Origin: Octopus bimaculoides
Lineage: Eukaryota
DNA: 56,410 nt
Assembly (NCBI RefSeq): GCF_001194135.2
Contig: NC_068988.1
Span: 94,713,239-94,769,648, forward strand
Direction of reading: 5' to 3'
Part shown: in pieces, positions 1 to 12,669 of the stretch
Numbering within the stretch: the first letter of the stretch is position 1
How the letters are laid out: every line of letters starts with the position of its first letter
Notes under the pieces: generated by a model
The model's input: only the letters and a program-made list of their open reading frames with translations
Told to the model about the DNA's origin: nothing
Databases searched by the model: none
Position numbers and translations under genes: made by a program

Positions 1-390
1 TATATATATGTATATATATTATACATAAATATTATATATATATACTGAATATGGGTGCGTATTCATGTATGTATGTATGAACGAATGTATATGTGTGTTT
101 TAGTGTTAATAAATGTATATGTCTCCCTCAGATATTTTCTACGTTTTAATCAGTAACTAATAAACTATTCGAAAACCAGCAATATATCTTCAAGAATTGA
201 TATCGATTACAATAAACTGGGATTTTTTTTTCTTATTTTATGATTATGTCTTAATTGCTGGGCAAGAAACTGCTGTATTTATTTATTTATTTATTTATTT
301 ATTGCAATGAGGCAACAATTAATTACCAATAGCGAACCATCAGATATTTCAATGTTGTTTCGAACATATATCTCTTTATGCTTCCCATAT

Positions 391-391
391 A

Positions 392-425
<34 letters not shown>

Positions 426-673
426 CTTTCTCTTACTCGTGCGAGCTCTCTCTCTCTCTCTCTCCCTCTCTCGCTCCCAGTCTTTCATCTCTTATTCACC
501 CCCTAACTATCTTTCTCTCCTCACTCCTCTCACTCTCTTCCTCTCTCAAATCTTAATACTCGTTAAAAATATGGCAATTACTAAATAGCTACTATGTACG
601 TATAAAGTGTCTCTTTGTATCTCTGTCTATCTCTCCCTCTCCCTGTATACTTATATATATATGCATGTATGTA

Positions 674-762
<89 letters not shown>

Positions 763-855
763 ATATATATATATATATATCTATACATATATATATATAT
801 ATATATATACATATGTATATATATATACACACACACGCACACATATATAGACATA
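391..855. repeat. (CT)n tract and compound (TG)/(TA)/(CA) microsatellite
   Basis: Directly visible. Confidence 0.97.
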
Positions 856-982
856 TAATAATTTCAATGCGGAGCAAATAATTCTGATTAAATAGCTCTA
901 TGGCCATAGCATTCCAATCAAAACGATTGTAGGAACTAGCTTTTCCACCATATCCTCTCTTTTATAAGACAATGATGTGTCG

Positions 983-1011
983 TTTGAGTGATATTTGGTT
1001 GTTATTTCTAG
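983..1011 (+). repeat. Short dispersed repeat fragment (second copy at 9751-9779)
   Basis: tttgagtgatatttggttgttatttctag versus tttgagggaggtttgtcagttatttctag; family unclassified. Confidence 0.4.
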
Positions 1012-2270
1012 AAAGTTGAGTAACTCAGTCAAGGTTTATTCATTGGGTTTTTTTGTGTAGAAACACTAATCAATTATGGTGACGAATTTCTTCCTTCATC
1101 GAACGTTTACTGATGTCTGAGACGATAGAATGGACGATAGAATGGACACCACCAGTAAGGCTACGGTTTGTCTCCTACATCTGCACTTGTAGTGAATCTC
1201 TATCTATTATAGATTATTCTCGATTGTTCTTCCCACGTAAAGACAATGACTACGGCTCTATGCAGTGCATACAGTCAGTTGTTGGCAGCCATGTTGAAGT
1301 GCTGCCTCCAAGAGTTTAGCCTTTCATATAGCCTTCTACAGTGAGTCTTAAACCTGCAATTTATCATACACACTCACTCACACACGCACACATGTACACA
1401 AACATATGTATGGATGTATATGACAGTGTGTAGAAATATTAACCCAACATCCCTTACATTGATTCCTATATGTTAAAAAAGAAATCCACACATTCATCAA
1501 TGGTGTTCTAGATATAGGAAAGGGATTGAGAGGCATGACTGGAAAGATTTAGATCAATCACAATTATGTATGGCTAAACAGCAAGAGTCCAACATTTTCA
1601 AGGTCGTTTAAATGAATTCCAATCTCCCGGACAGGCAAATCCTTCAAACAGTTTCCCTATAAACACTGTCTTTTGCTACACAAGAAATGTATTGCTTACA
1701 TGGCTCAAGACTAAATTTCCGAAAATATATCAATTTTCTTGCTAGTATCAGCATCGTAGTCGTCACTGTAGTCGTTTTTGTTGTGGTTTTACCCCAGTTC
1801 ATCCCCGATCGGCTTCTAACAAGTTATGTACAAATTGTCCCTGGCTTTTATTTAATTCGTTATATATTTTTTACAAGATTTGATCATGAAGGTGATTCGG
1901 CTACTATTTGGTGCAGTCGATCACTTGCCTAATGGTTTCTAATACTAAACTGTACTAACATGAAGTGTTGTTGTTAGTTAGCGCCAGGTTGTACCCCACA
2001 GAGCAGACCAATGGACATTTCATTTCAGGACAGTTTCTTCGATTATTTCAGGACAATTTCTTTAAACTTGTGTCCACTTCAAACAAATGAAGCAAAACTT
2101 CAGGACCCCAGCACTTATGTGCTTAGCAAAGATTCGAATCTGACTACATTTCTGATTCAAAACAATATATTAGAATTTTCTCAATATGTGTATATATATA
2201 ATATAATATAATATAAGATTGTGTATCCAGACCGAGAACTCATTTCAAAATAGGAACCCCTACTTAGAAC

Positions 2271-2535
2271 TTAAGCCTCTAACGAATCCAGGAGCTGATC
2301 AGGTCGGAAATTATTCCGGTTGATATGGTACATAGGTATCCGAGAGTAAAATACTTCACAACTGAACGGAACGCCAGTGTATTGCAAGACTAACGTCCAC
2401 TGGCTAATCCGGTCGCTGCTGGTGCTTATTTTCAGCTGAGTGGACTGTGGCAATATGAAAAGAAGTGTTTTTTCTCAAAAATACACCACGACACCAAGTC
2501 TGGGGTTCGATACAACCTTTGGGTCATGAGCCTAA
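2271..2535 (-). mobile_element. SINE group C-related (CORE-like body), diverged
   Basis: Minus strand: degenerate tRNA head, ttgagaaaaaacacttcttttcatattgccacagtccactcagctg, then actggcgttccgttcag tail module. Confidence 0.75.
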
Positions 2536-2549
2536 CAGCATAACAATCG

Positions 2550-2550
<1 letters not shown>

Positions 2551-2585
<35 letters not shown>

Positions 2586-2625
2586 GTAAAAGTCTGTGTA
2601 TGTAAATATACATGTGTATATATAT

Positions 2626-2676
<51 letters not shown>

Positions 2677-2874
2677 NNNNNNNNNNNNNNNNNNNNNNNN
2701 NNNNNNNNNNNNNNNNNNNNNNNNNNNNNNNNNNNNNNNNNNNNNNNNNNNNNNNNNNNNNNNNNNNNNNNNNNNNNNNNNNNNNNNNNNNNNNNNNNNN
2801 NNNNNNNNNNNNNNNNNNNNNNNNNNNNNNNNNNNNNNNNNNNNNNNNNNNNNNNNNNNNNNNNNNNNNNNNNN

Positions 2875-2906
<32 letters not shown>

Positions 2907-2970
2907 TGCATATGCATCTATGCATGTATGTATCTACCGAACTATCTATATATATGTGTGTGTATATAAG
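2551..2970. repeat. (TA)n/(CA)n microsatellites around gap 2677-2874
   Basis: Directly visible. Confidence 0.97.
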
Positions 2971-3682
2971 ACTGTAATTTTGATGTGTATATCAGCCAGA
3001 TTTGAAATTGTCACTTGGTTTTTATAACATCGTTATTTTGTAGGGTTTTTTTGTTTTTTTTTGGTTCGTTTTGTAATATCAGCCGCCAAACATTGCTCCG
3101 CCCTTCAACACCTCCTCACTGATGTAAACAACTACAACTTCCTCCATATTACTGATTCCCACCTCTCGTTGCCAAATGACATTTAATACCAGCCACCAGC
3201 ATTTTCCTTTGACCCGTTGGGAAGCACAAACAACATTTTCGCTTCTCTCATCTCTCCCGATGACGTCCCATTTTATAGTAGTTATCTTCTCATCCTGCGG
3301 CTCTGTACCCTTTTATTCCAGATCCAACATCAAACGCCACGCCTATGTCCGCACATCATTGCCTCAGTTACCATGCACTTTTTCTCTTCCTTTCATTTTA
3401 ATTTTTTTTTTGTCTTTTGTTTTTATTTTATTCTCACCATTGCAGCAATTTTTTTTTTTGTCCTCCATTATCCTCATCATTTAGATAACTCTTTTCCTTC
3501 TCCCCTCCGATGATAATGTGAAATAACCAACTCTTGTTCTAACTGCTAATACGCTTAACTTTTTCTTCATTCTCCTAAAAAAGAAAAAAATTACAGCATA
3601 ACACTTTCTCTTCCTAACATTCCTTTCGTCTTCCCTCTTCTCACTCTTACTCCTCATTTTCCTGTTCTTAACTCTCTCTTTC

Positions 3683-3685
<3 letters not shown>

Positions 3686-3734
<49 letters not shown>

Positions 3735-3977
3735 GTATATATATATATATATGTATGTATGTATATGTACATACACACAAGTACTCACATACATAGATAC
3801 GTATATACATATATATATGTGTATATACACTAACGCTGTTATATAAGCATCTATATGTATACATACGGGTTTATATGTTATGTATGCATGTATGTACGTA
3901 TATATGTGTATGTTTGTGTGTATGCATGTATGTGTGTGTGTTCGTGTGTATGTGTGTGTGTGTGTGTGTGTGTGCAT
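3686..3977. repeat. (CT)n-(TA)n-(TG)n compound microsatellite
   Basis: Directly visible. Confidence 0.97.
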
Positions 3978-4959
3978 GAGGTGAAATCAGTGTGCTCTTT
4001 TATGCAATAGTACTCAAAAATATCCAACGGAGTCTAATTACACTCCTCTGAAAGTGTCCATCAAATAAGTATACATAATTCTATGTAATCATTCCATTCT
4101 TCAGGTTACGAAACATACGTAAAGCGAAGAAATTAAGTGGAAAGTACTTTCCTTCCTGAGAAATCGCAATAACTAGAATGAGTGTACCGCTATCTCTCAG
4201 TCTGTTCCAAGCGAAAAAGGAAAACACCATTCTGTGATCATTCACCTTATCAGTGGTTATCGAGAAGGTAATATTCGTTGTGTCCGGCGAACCTATATTT
4301 AGTTGCAACGTCGCTTTGGATATAAAACCGACCGGGACTGAGAAAGCCACCAAAGCGAGTGAATTGGTATCCCGTCGGGTAATTATCGTTTTTAGAGGTA
4401 TGGAAGGCTGCTCGCTGTAAGGAATAGTTTTCCTTGGGCAAAGTATCTATATGCTTGTGAGACTCACAGGAATATAACGGAGTATATTTTCTCTTGTCTA
4501 AGGGAAGTATAACGCCGAAAGAGCTCAGCGCTTAACTTATAAAATAACTATAAATTACGTGATGCCAAACCTTCGCACGCTCAAAGACACACACACTCAC
4601 ACACACACACACAGAGAACATATGCATGCACACACACATACATACAAGTGTGTGTATACACATACGCATGCATATATAGTTGTATACAGTGGCAGTTTTA
4701 TGTCAATTTGCTCTAGCTTGTCTATAAATATATCTACATATTTATGCATATATGGTGTGCCTGTATTTATACATGCATGTATGCTGGAATATACATATAT
4801 ATGGATGTATGTGCTTCTTGTTAGTTATTTCTGTCCTTGTTAGTGTAAGAGATGGTTACTAAATATAAAACAACCTTTTCCAAAGAAAATGCGATGTTTT
4901 ACTTGCTGAAATTAAGAAAAGTCTCGCATACTTTTATTTTGTTGTTTCAGATTGTTAAC

Positions 4960-5135
4960 TTTCTTTTATTCTTTTATTTGTTTCAGCTACTTTGATTGCG
5001 GCCATGCTGGAGAACTGCCTTTAGTCGAACAAATCGACCCCAGGACTTATTCTTTGTAAGCCCAGTACTTATTCTATCGGTCCCTTCTTGCTGAACCGCT
5101 AAGTTACGGGGACGTGAACACACCAACATCGGCAG
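4960..5135 (-). mobile_element. SINE group B, 3' half
   Basis: gcggccatgctggag...gtcgaacaaatcgaccccaggacttattctttgtaagcccagtacttattctatcgg...ccgctaagttacggggacgtgaacacacc is the reverse complement of 54300-54460. Confidence 0.92.
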
Positions 5136-6109
5136 ATAAAATTCTGCCTTCCACAGAAGGAAACCTGTGGCACATATTGGTTGTCATCTCACACTTCTGT
5201 AACATAATGATTGATATCGATTAATGTTTCTTTTTCTTTTTTTTTTTTTACAATTTTTTAATCACACCCTTCTCATGACGGATTTGCTAACATCTTTTAG
5301 GTCTTGTTTCAGGATGATCAACTTGTAATCAAGGCTCAGTTTATACTATCCCGCCCCATCAGAAAAAAAATATTGTTTATGATTTATTTTTCAATCTTCT
5401 CTTGCATGGTCAGTTGTTATTTGTGTTTGCCTGTGGTAAGCATCGCTATACCATTCATAGTTTTCCGTAGATCAACGATCTTTTTTCCTTAAGTATGTAT
5501 TCACGAATTCTTCACCCATTCAGAGTGATGCTATTTGCAATGGTGTCTACACATATGAGACACTTTATTGTTTCATTGACAATCAAAGGTCATTTCGTCT
5601 GAACTTTGCTTACATCCTTCCGTCTAACATAGATCCGGTCACTGACACTATCGATGTGGAAAAAAAAAAACAATGATGGTTAAAACTTTCTTGAGATCTC
5701 TACATCTGTCTGTTATCTTAAATGTTGGCTCTTGTACTGGAAAAACGTTATGGTGTTTATATATTATTCACTGTATGTCTTATTTATACATCCTGCTTTG
5801 CAGTTGTACTGCTTCTTATATTCTGGATCCCTCCTCTTCCCAGCGGGACTTCGAATCATCTTGGGATGAATGTCTTAGAATCTTGATATAGTCTTTCATG
5901 CCGCTGTATTCAGTTTGGGGATTCCAACTAATGGTTCGTAGTCTTACGTTTTCCCACAATAAGATTTTGACCTGCTACCCGTAATTTCTGTTTAAAAGCA
6001 GTCAGTATTCATGCAACAAGTACCCTTATCATTGACTCATATTTTGGAGAGTCTATGATAAAGCCGTAGCTTGAGAGTCGTGAATCCATTATCCACTTTC
6101 CATGTAATA

Positions 6110-6326
6110 TACTTTTCTAATCTAGGCACAAAGCCCGAAATTTTGGGGGAGGGGGCTAATCGATTAGATCGACCCCAGTGCCTAACAGGTACTTAATTTA
6201 TCGACCCCGAAAGGATGAAAGGCAAAGTCGACCTCGGCGGAACTTGAACTCAGAACGTTAAGACAGACGAAATATCAGTAAACATTTCGCCTGGCGTGCT
6301 ATAGTTTCTGTCAGCTCGCCACCTTA
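6110..6326 (-). mobile_element. tRNA-derived SINE group A, full length
   Basis: Shared body GAGGTCGACTTTGCCTTTCATCCTTTCGGGGTCGATAAATTAAGTACC and B-box-like GAGTTCAAGTTCC on minus. Diverged TSD tccactttccatgtaata (6092-6109) / tccacttcccatttaata (6331-6348). Confidence 0.9.
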
Positions 6327-7804
6327 ACTTTCCACTTCCCATTTAATACTATCGATGTTTCTTCGCTGTTTCTTTTTTCCTTGTTCTATTCTAGTTTTAC
6401 GAAGAATATGATCTGTTTGGGTGTGTGTTATCATTTCGATCACTCTCACTAAATCTCATGTTAACGCAAGATAATTGTAAAACAATATAGTAAAACATTC
6501 AACGTACAAAAGCTGGGATTTTCGCTTTATGACAGTTGATTTTTTTTGTCCTGATTTGATCGATCAATGACAACATCAATCAATAGGATTTTCCCATTGT
6601 CTTCTGTGCTAATCGGTTTTTCATTTAGTATATTGTTGATGGAAACAGTGAAGTTCTTAAATTATTGCTGGGATTTGCATTTTGATATATTTGAAAACTT
6701 GAACCCATTCGATATGTTCGTAAACTGTGAATACCTCGACTTATAATGGCGGTGTTCATATCTCTATGTAAACGGTTATATTTTGATTGTCGCTCACAAT
6801 TTAAACAATTTTTCCACGACTGAATCGATGATATTGCTGACACTTACCTATTGTCCACTTTCGATGGTTGAATTTGCAAGCTAGAACAATATATTTCTTA
6901 ACCAATTAACTCACTACTCTATTTGAAATATAAGGAGGTAAGATATTTAGACCAGAGTAGTCCTTCAGTCTCTTAGTATGATCGACCAAGATGTCTTCTG
7001 TAATCTTTTTGTTTACTACTTACAGGTCTTGGCTTCATTCAAAAACTTAGATTTTAGTTCTTTCCATAGTTCAACGACCGCCGATAGCTGCTCTTTCTAC
7101 GTCCAATACATTAATATTCCACGCGATATTGACCGGTCTAATTTTACTGCTTCGTAGCTGCAAATATATTCTTGAAGATACAAGCAAGATAACAAGACAT
7201 TTATTTTGCCATTTTGTATTAATGATAAAACTTCGAGGGACAACATTCTTGACTCAAAATGATAAATAGTCTCCTGAAGACACCTAAACACATACATACA
7301 TATATACATATATATATATAAACATACACACACACACACANNNNNNNNNNTATATATATTTATATATATATGTATGTATGTATATATATGTAATCATATA
7401 TGTGTGTTTGCATGTATGTATGCCTGTATGTATACACAACAGATGTTTCAATAGGTATTCATTGAGATTACCAATCGACTTTCGTTATTATATTGGAAAA
7501 TATCGTGTTTCGTACAAGCTTAGCATTTAAGTGATCAAGTTAGGAAGGTCGATATCATTAGACAGATCAAGTTCAGAGCTAAATACTACTTCGTATTATT
7601 CACATACTGACAGGGAACATAAGTCTGGCGTTCTTCATCACTCTGATATATATAGACTGACAAACTCCTGCATAACGTGATGAGCATTTTACAGAAAAAA
7701 AAACTTAAATGCAACAACATCATTTCATGTATATGAATTTAAACTCCTAATCCTGTATTGAATAGTTTCTTACGATCAACGTTTCTGTTCAAACAGAATA
7801 GGAA

Positions 7805-7842
<38 letters not shown>

Positions 7843-7854
7843 GTGTACTGTATA

Positions 7855-7967
7855 TTTTTTTTATAAATGAAAAACAACACCGCGGAGGAAGCGACGTAAG
7901 CTTAAATAATAAATCGCGATAAGTGAACCGCGATAGGTAAACCACGATATAGCGAGAGACTACTGTA
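7855..7967 (-). mobile_element. Terminus of a TcMar-Tigger/pogo-like non-autonomous element
   Basis: Minus strand TA|CAGTAGTCTCTCGCTATATCGTGGTTTACCTATCGCGGTTCACTTATCGCG: TA target, CAGT start and tandem TATCGCGG subterminal motifs typical of Tigger-like MITE ends. The other end was not found. Superfamily is from recall. Confidence 0.5.
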
Positions 7968-8201
7968 TATATATNNNNNNNNNNNNNNNNNNNNNNNNNN
8001 NNNNNNNNNNNNNNNNNNNNNNNNNNNNNNNNNNNNNNNNNNNNNNNNNNNNNNNNNNNNNNNNNNNNNNNNNNNNNNNNNNNNNNNNNNNNNNNNNNNN
8101 NNNNNNNNNNNNNNNNNNNNNNNNNNNNNNNNNNNNNNNNNNNNNNNNNNNNNNNNNNNNNNNNNNNNNNNNNNNNNNNNNNNNNNNNNNNNNNNNNNNN
8201 N

Positions 8202-8247
<46 letters not shown>

Positions 8248-8900
8248 TCACACACAAATCTTTGCGTATATACTAGTACATACATTCAAATAAACACACA
8301 ATACCATATACACTTATTCATGCACGCAAGCAAGCTCACATGTACAAATAAACATCATGTGCAAAAAGGCTGCACATATATGGCTTTTTTTTTGTATCTT
8401 TCTCATTGTCTGTAAGTTTGTGTTTCCACGTAAATATATTTGTGTACACGCTTTTCACGCATTGTTTGTCTCTTCTAAATTTCTATTTGTATCAAACTCA
8501 GTTTTTCTTCCATTTTCCATTTTCTTTTGTTGCTTAAGGCACTTCTTTTCTCATTATTCTTTATTCTTTAATGGCCCTTTTCTTTGCTCCTGTTTATCAT
8601 ATGTCGTATATTCAGTAATTCACTTTTCAGTTGAGTGAACGACAAGGATTTACAAAACTCTTACTTCATTCACTTGCAATTACCATTCATTAACAGATGT
8701 AATTAACCGAGATCATTGCAGATTAATTATAATTTTATTACTGCTTCTGTATTAAGTACTTTGATACTTTTCTGCTTTCGGTATTTTCTAAAGCATGTAT
8801 ATGTGTGTGTATATTGTACGTGTCTCCATGTTCGTTACTATGTCGAGTTGTCGATACAGTAATAAAAAGAATAGTAAAAAGAATTTGGTATTAAGCAGAA

Positions 8901-9105
8901 GGCGGAGAGGTGGCAGAGTCCTTAGAACTCCTAGCAGAATGCTTAGCGGTATTTCGTCCGTCTTTATTTTCTGCGTTCAAAGTATACTGAGGGTGACTTT
9001 GCCTCTTAACCTTTCGGAGTGGTACCTGTTGAGCAATGGGGTTCGTGTAATCATCTTATTCTCTCCCCCGAAATTGCTGGCCTTGTGCTAAAATTTGAAA
9101 CAAAC
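8901..9105 (+). mobile_element. SINE group A, diverged
   Basis: ggcggagaggtggcaga...atgcttagcggtatttcgtcc...gccttgtgctaaaatttgaaac. TSD attaagcagaa (8890-8900) / attaaacagaa (9106-9116). Confidence 0.85.
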
Positions 9106-10811
9106 ATTAAACAGAAATATTACTTAATTATTTCTGCAGAATACATGTTTTAAGAATTGTGGTTACGGCGTCTTCAAAGATTCGTCCTAGTAGCATTCTT
9201 CGGACCGTGCAAAGAAGTCTAGCAGGTAGAAACTTCGCGGTGACTGTTTTCTTGTAAAAGTATTATACGCACGCACACACACACACACACACACACACGT
9301 GTGTGTGTGTTATGTATGTTTGTATATATATNNNNNNNNNNNNNNNNNNNNNNNNNNNNNNNNNNNNNNNNNNNNNNNNNNNNNNNNNNNNNNNNNNNNN
9401 NNNNNNNNNNNTATATATATAAAAATGAGTAACAAAGATGTGTAAGCTTCAATTCATTACAGCTGTTTCGATCGATTCCTTTAATTTTTCAAGATAACAG
9501 CAAGAAGTACAAAATTAATTTAGTACAAGTCTGATTATATCTAATTAACAATATATATCACATTCAGTAGCTATTCGTAAAGTTGCTGTCGCTGGTGTAC
9601 AATAGCCTCAAACCAGTCATGAATGAGTAAACGGATGATAGATAATATATTTCAACCGTGACTATCACGTCCTTTTAATTCTCGATATGGTGTACTCTGA
9701 ATGACATAATTAATTTTTTTGTGCTTATTTATTAAGAATATGAATTATGATTTGAGGGAGGTTTGTCAGTTATTTCTAGTGATACGAACAACCACTTAGA
9801 GGCTCTTCGCTGAAGTAAAACATTGGAATTCAACAACTGTTTTATTGGCGTAGACAGCTGTTTGGTTGGGTTGGCTGAAAGTAACATCTGAGAATCAAAA
9901 CAACACCTGACCAGGTGTGGTAGTTTTGACTACAGAACTAAACACCGGATGAATATCGATCCGGCAATTAAACTCCAGCTATGAAGTGTCTTACGGAATA
10001 TTAATTTGTATTAAGGGATTGCTACGCTTAGATCTGATTTCCTACGGAGAGAAAGAGAAAACAAAGGCAAATATTGGACCGGTAGGGTCGTTGATAAGCC
10101 AACGATAGTTTAGTATTGATTAAAACTGAAAAATGTTACAACTAAATTAATACAGCCAAGTTAATGACGCTGAATATAACATAAATTGTTCAGGAAGAAG
10201 ATTAAGGATCACAACAGAAAAACCCCTTAGTCGAAGAAAGTTAAGATAAATATCGAAACTTGTGATCAGAGAAATGTTTTCCTTTACACTTGAAGAAAAT
10301 ATAATGGCAAATATAGATTCTTGTTCAGCCGTTGTGATAAAAATAGATCGTAAAAATATAACTGATAAGTCACTAAATTTTATCCTAAATCTCTTCAAGG
10401 CTGCGTAAATATGTCTTACATGATTTTTTTCTATATTGAATGTGCTTCAAATTTTTATCAGGAGAAACTAAATCCTATTTAATGCTTTCAGGCATAAAGT
10501 ATACTGAACTATCAGAGCATTACATATAAATATATGAACAGAAGATAAATCTCATATTTTCAACTGCCTAAGAGAGAAGTGGAGAAAGAGGCTTATTCTC
10601 CGTGTTAAATGTATGTTTAATGTATTGATAAAATAATTATTATCTTACAGAAGCAACCACGAAATTTTGTAGGTAAGTGGGAACCATCGCTTGACGACGA
10701 TGAGAGTTCTTCACAACCAGGTGCCTTGATCAAGTAGAAACAGCAGGTAAGTTGATCTCGAATCACAAATGTCTTTAAAAAGATGCACGGCTTTATCATA
10801 ATGTGTTCGAA

Positions 10812-10985
10812 CGCAGTTAGCTGGCTGAAAAGTTAGCGCGTCGGGCAAATTGCTTAGCGGCATTTTTGTGCTGCCGGCGTCATCATAGCTTTTCATCTTT
10901 TATAAACTAAGTATCAGATGAACACTGTGGGTGACCTAATCAACTTAGCCAAAATTGCGGCCTTGTTCCGAAATTAGAAACCATT
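10812..10985 (+). mobile_element. SINE group A, internally deleted and old
   Basis: Head gctggctgaaaagttagcgcgtcgggcaaattgcttagcggcattt and tail aaaattgcggccttgttccgaaattagaaacc. Confidence 0.55.
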
Positions 10986-11627
10986 ATAGTGACTTGGTCT
11001 GAAAAGATTACAGATGAGTCGGGGATAAACGATAGCTACTGCTACTGACACGGACAGAGGTCACTGCCATTTACCATTACCAACAAGGTCACTACTATTA
11101 CTACTACTACAACCAAGAAAAAAGGCTCCCACGTGGACTGTTGACACCAGTAAGGAACAATTATGAACTTTTCATCTAATTTCATTTTTTTAAATATGTA
11201 TTTTTGATAAGGTTCGTTTTTTCAAGAACCGAAACATGTTAAAAATATCTCTGACAAAATTATAAATTAAAATTCATTTTTATATATTGGCATNNNNNNN
11301 NNNNNNNNNNNNNNNNNNNNNNNNNNNNNNNNNNNNNNNNNNNNNATATATATATATATATACGTGCACACACAAACACACATGAGTGTGTGTGTGTGTG
11401 AGTGAGTGACCTGTAATAAAATCTCTCAGTTCTCCAGCTGATTCTCTCAGCACCCACCCCCACTTCATAAGAACGCAAGAACACTTTTGAAAAGTAGGTG
11501 AGCTAAACCCATCGACTGTTTCATTTCTTTATCGATCCAGAACGATAAAAGTGGGATCTTGAGCATTTGTCGGAAAGAGATGTAACCACATTGCAACAGA
11601 GCAATTGCGAAATAATAATAATAATAA

Positions 11628-11758
11628 TAGTCGACCCTGAAAGAATGAAATGCAAAGACTACCTCGGCGGTATTTGAACTCAGAATATAGAGAGTCGGAA
11701 TAAATGCCGCTAAGCATTTTGTCCGGTAAACTAATGAAACTGACATTTCGCTACCTTA
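11628..11758 (-). mobile_element. SINE group A, 5' half
   Basis: gtcgaccctgaaagaatgaaatgcaaag...cctcggcggtatttgaactcagaa...gccgctaagcatttt on +. Confidence 0.75.
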
Positions 11759-11964
11759 CCTTTTGTAGTAGTAATGCTTTTAATACAGAAAAAAAAAATA
11801 CCTGTAATTTGGGAAAGGAGCAATGTTTGATTATATGACCCCAATTCTTCACAGCTATTTATTCTACCCGTTGTCAATTAAGTACTAGCGACAATGTAAT
11901 CGACTGTTCCTCTTCCCTTAATTTCTAGTCTTCTGCCCATTTTTGGAATGAGTGTAAGTATAAT

Positions 11965-12178
11965 CTTTTCTACTATAGGCACAAGGCCTGCAATTATGGA
12001 GTAGGGGGCCAGTCGGTTAAATCGAGCCCAGTTCACAACTGGTACTTAATTCATCGGCCCCGTAAGAATGGAAGGCAAAGTTAACCTCGGTGGAATTTGA
12101 ACTCAGAGTGTAGCGAAGGGCGAAATACCGCTAAGCATTTCGTCCAGGGTGCTAACGATTCTGCCAGCTCGCCACTTT
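11965..12178 (-). mobile_element. SINE group A, full length
   Basis: Full head, body and tail homology. TSD tgagtgtaagtataat (11949-11964) / tgagtgtaactataat (12179-12194). Confidence 0.9.
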
Positions 12179-12669
12179 TGAGTGTAACTATAATGGAATA
12201 CTGTCTTACATTTGATTGAAATTACAAGTGTCCACAATGGATTTGAGAGAGAGGAGAAGGGAGAGAAATGACGAGGAGATCCAAAATGAGAAAGAGAGTG
12301 GATAGGAAAATAAGGGACAAGAGAAGGCGAGAAAGGAGTAGCGGAAATGCGAGACAAGAGGTGAGGGAGACAAAGAGAGCAGGAGAGTAAGATCTACAGA
12401 GGGACTAAGAACCAGATTATTTCATCAAAGTCCATTGTTGTAGCATCCATTTTCGTATTCTAGCTTTAATATTTTCATGTCAAAACCCGTCCAGATTGAC
12501 TTTGGCTTTCATCTATCCAGGATCGATAGTACTTCAACTGACATCGGGTTTCACGACTATACGCAGTCCTTAAATTTATGGCCTACGGCCAGCAAGGTGT
12601 GCCTCTTAATTGTTAATCGATTAACCTCTCTCAACGAATTTCTGGCCCTGTGTTTATAATGTTCTAGCT

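Noticed and set aside
1121-1147. 12-bp tandem duplication gacgatagaatg
   Set aside because: Only two units, an ordinary slippage duplication; not an array, and no CRISPR-like repeat-spacer structure exists anywhere in the window.
2271-2453. Protein-like 60-aa minus ORF (…QWTLVLQYTGVPFSCEVFY…)
   Set aside because: Lies entirely inside a group C-related SINE.
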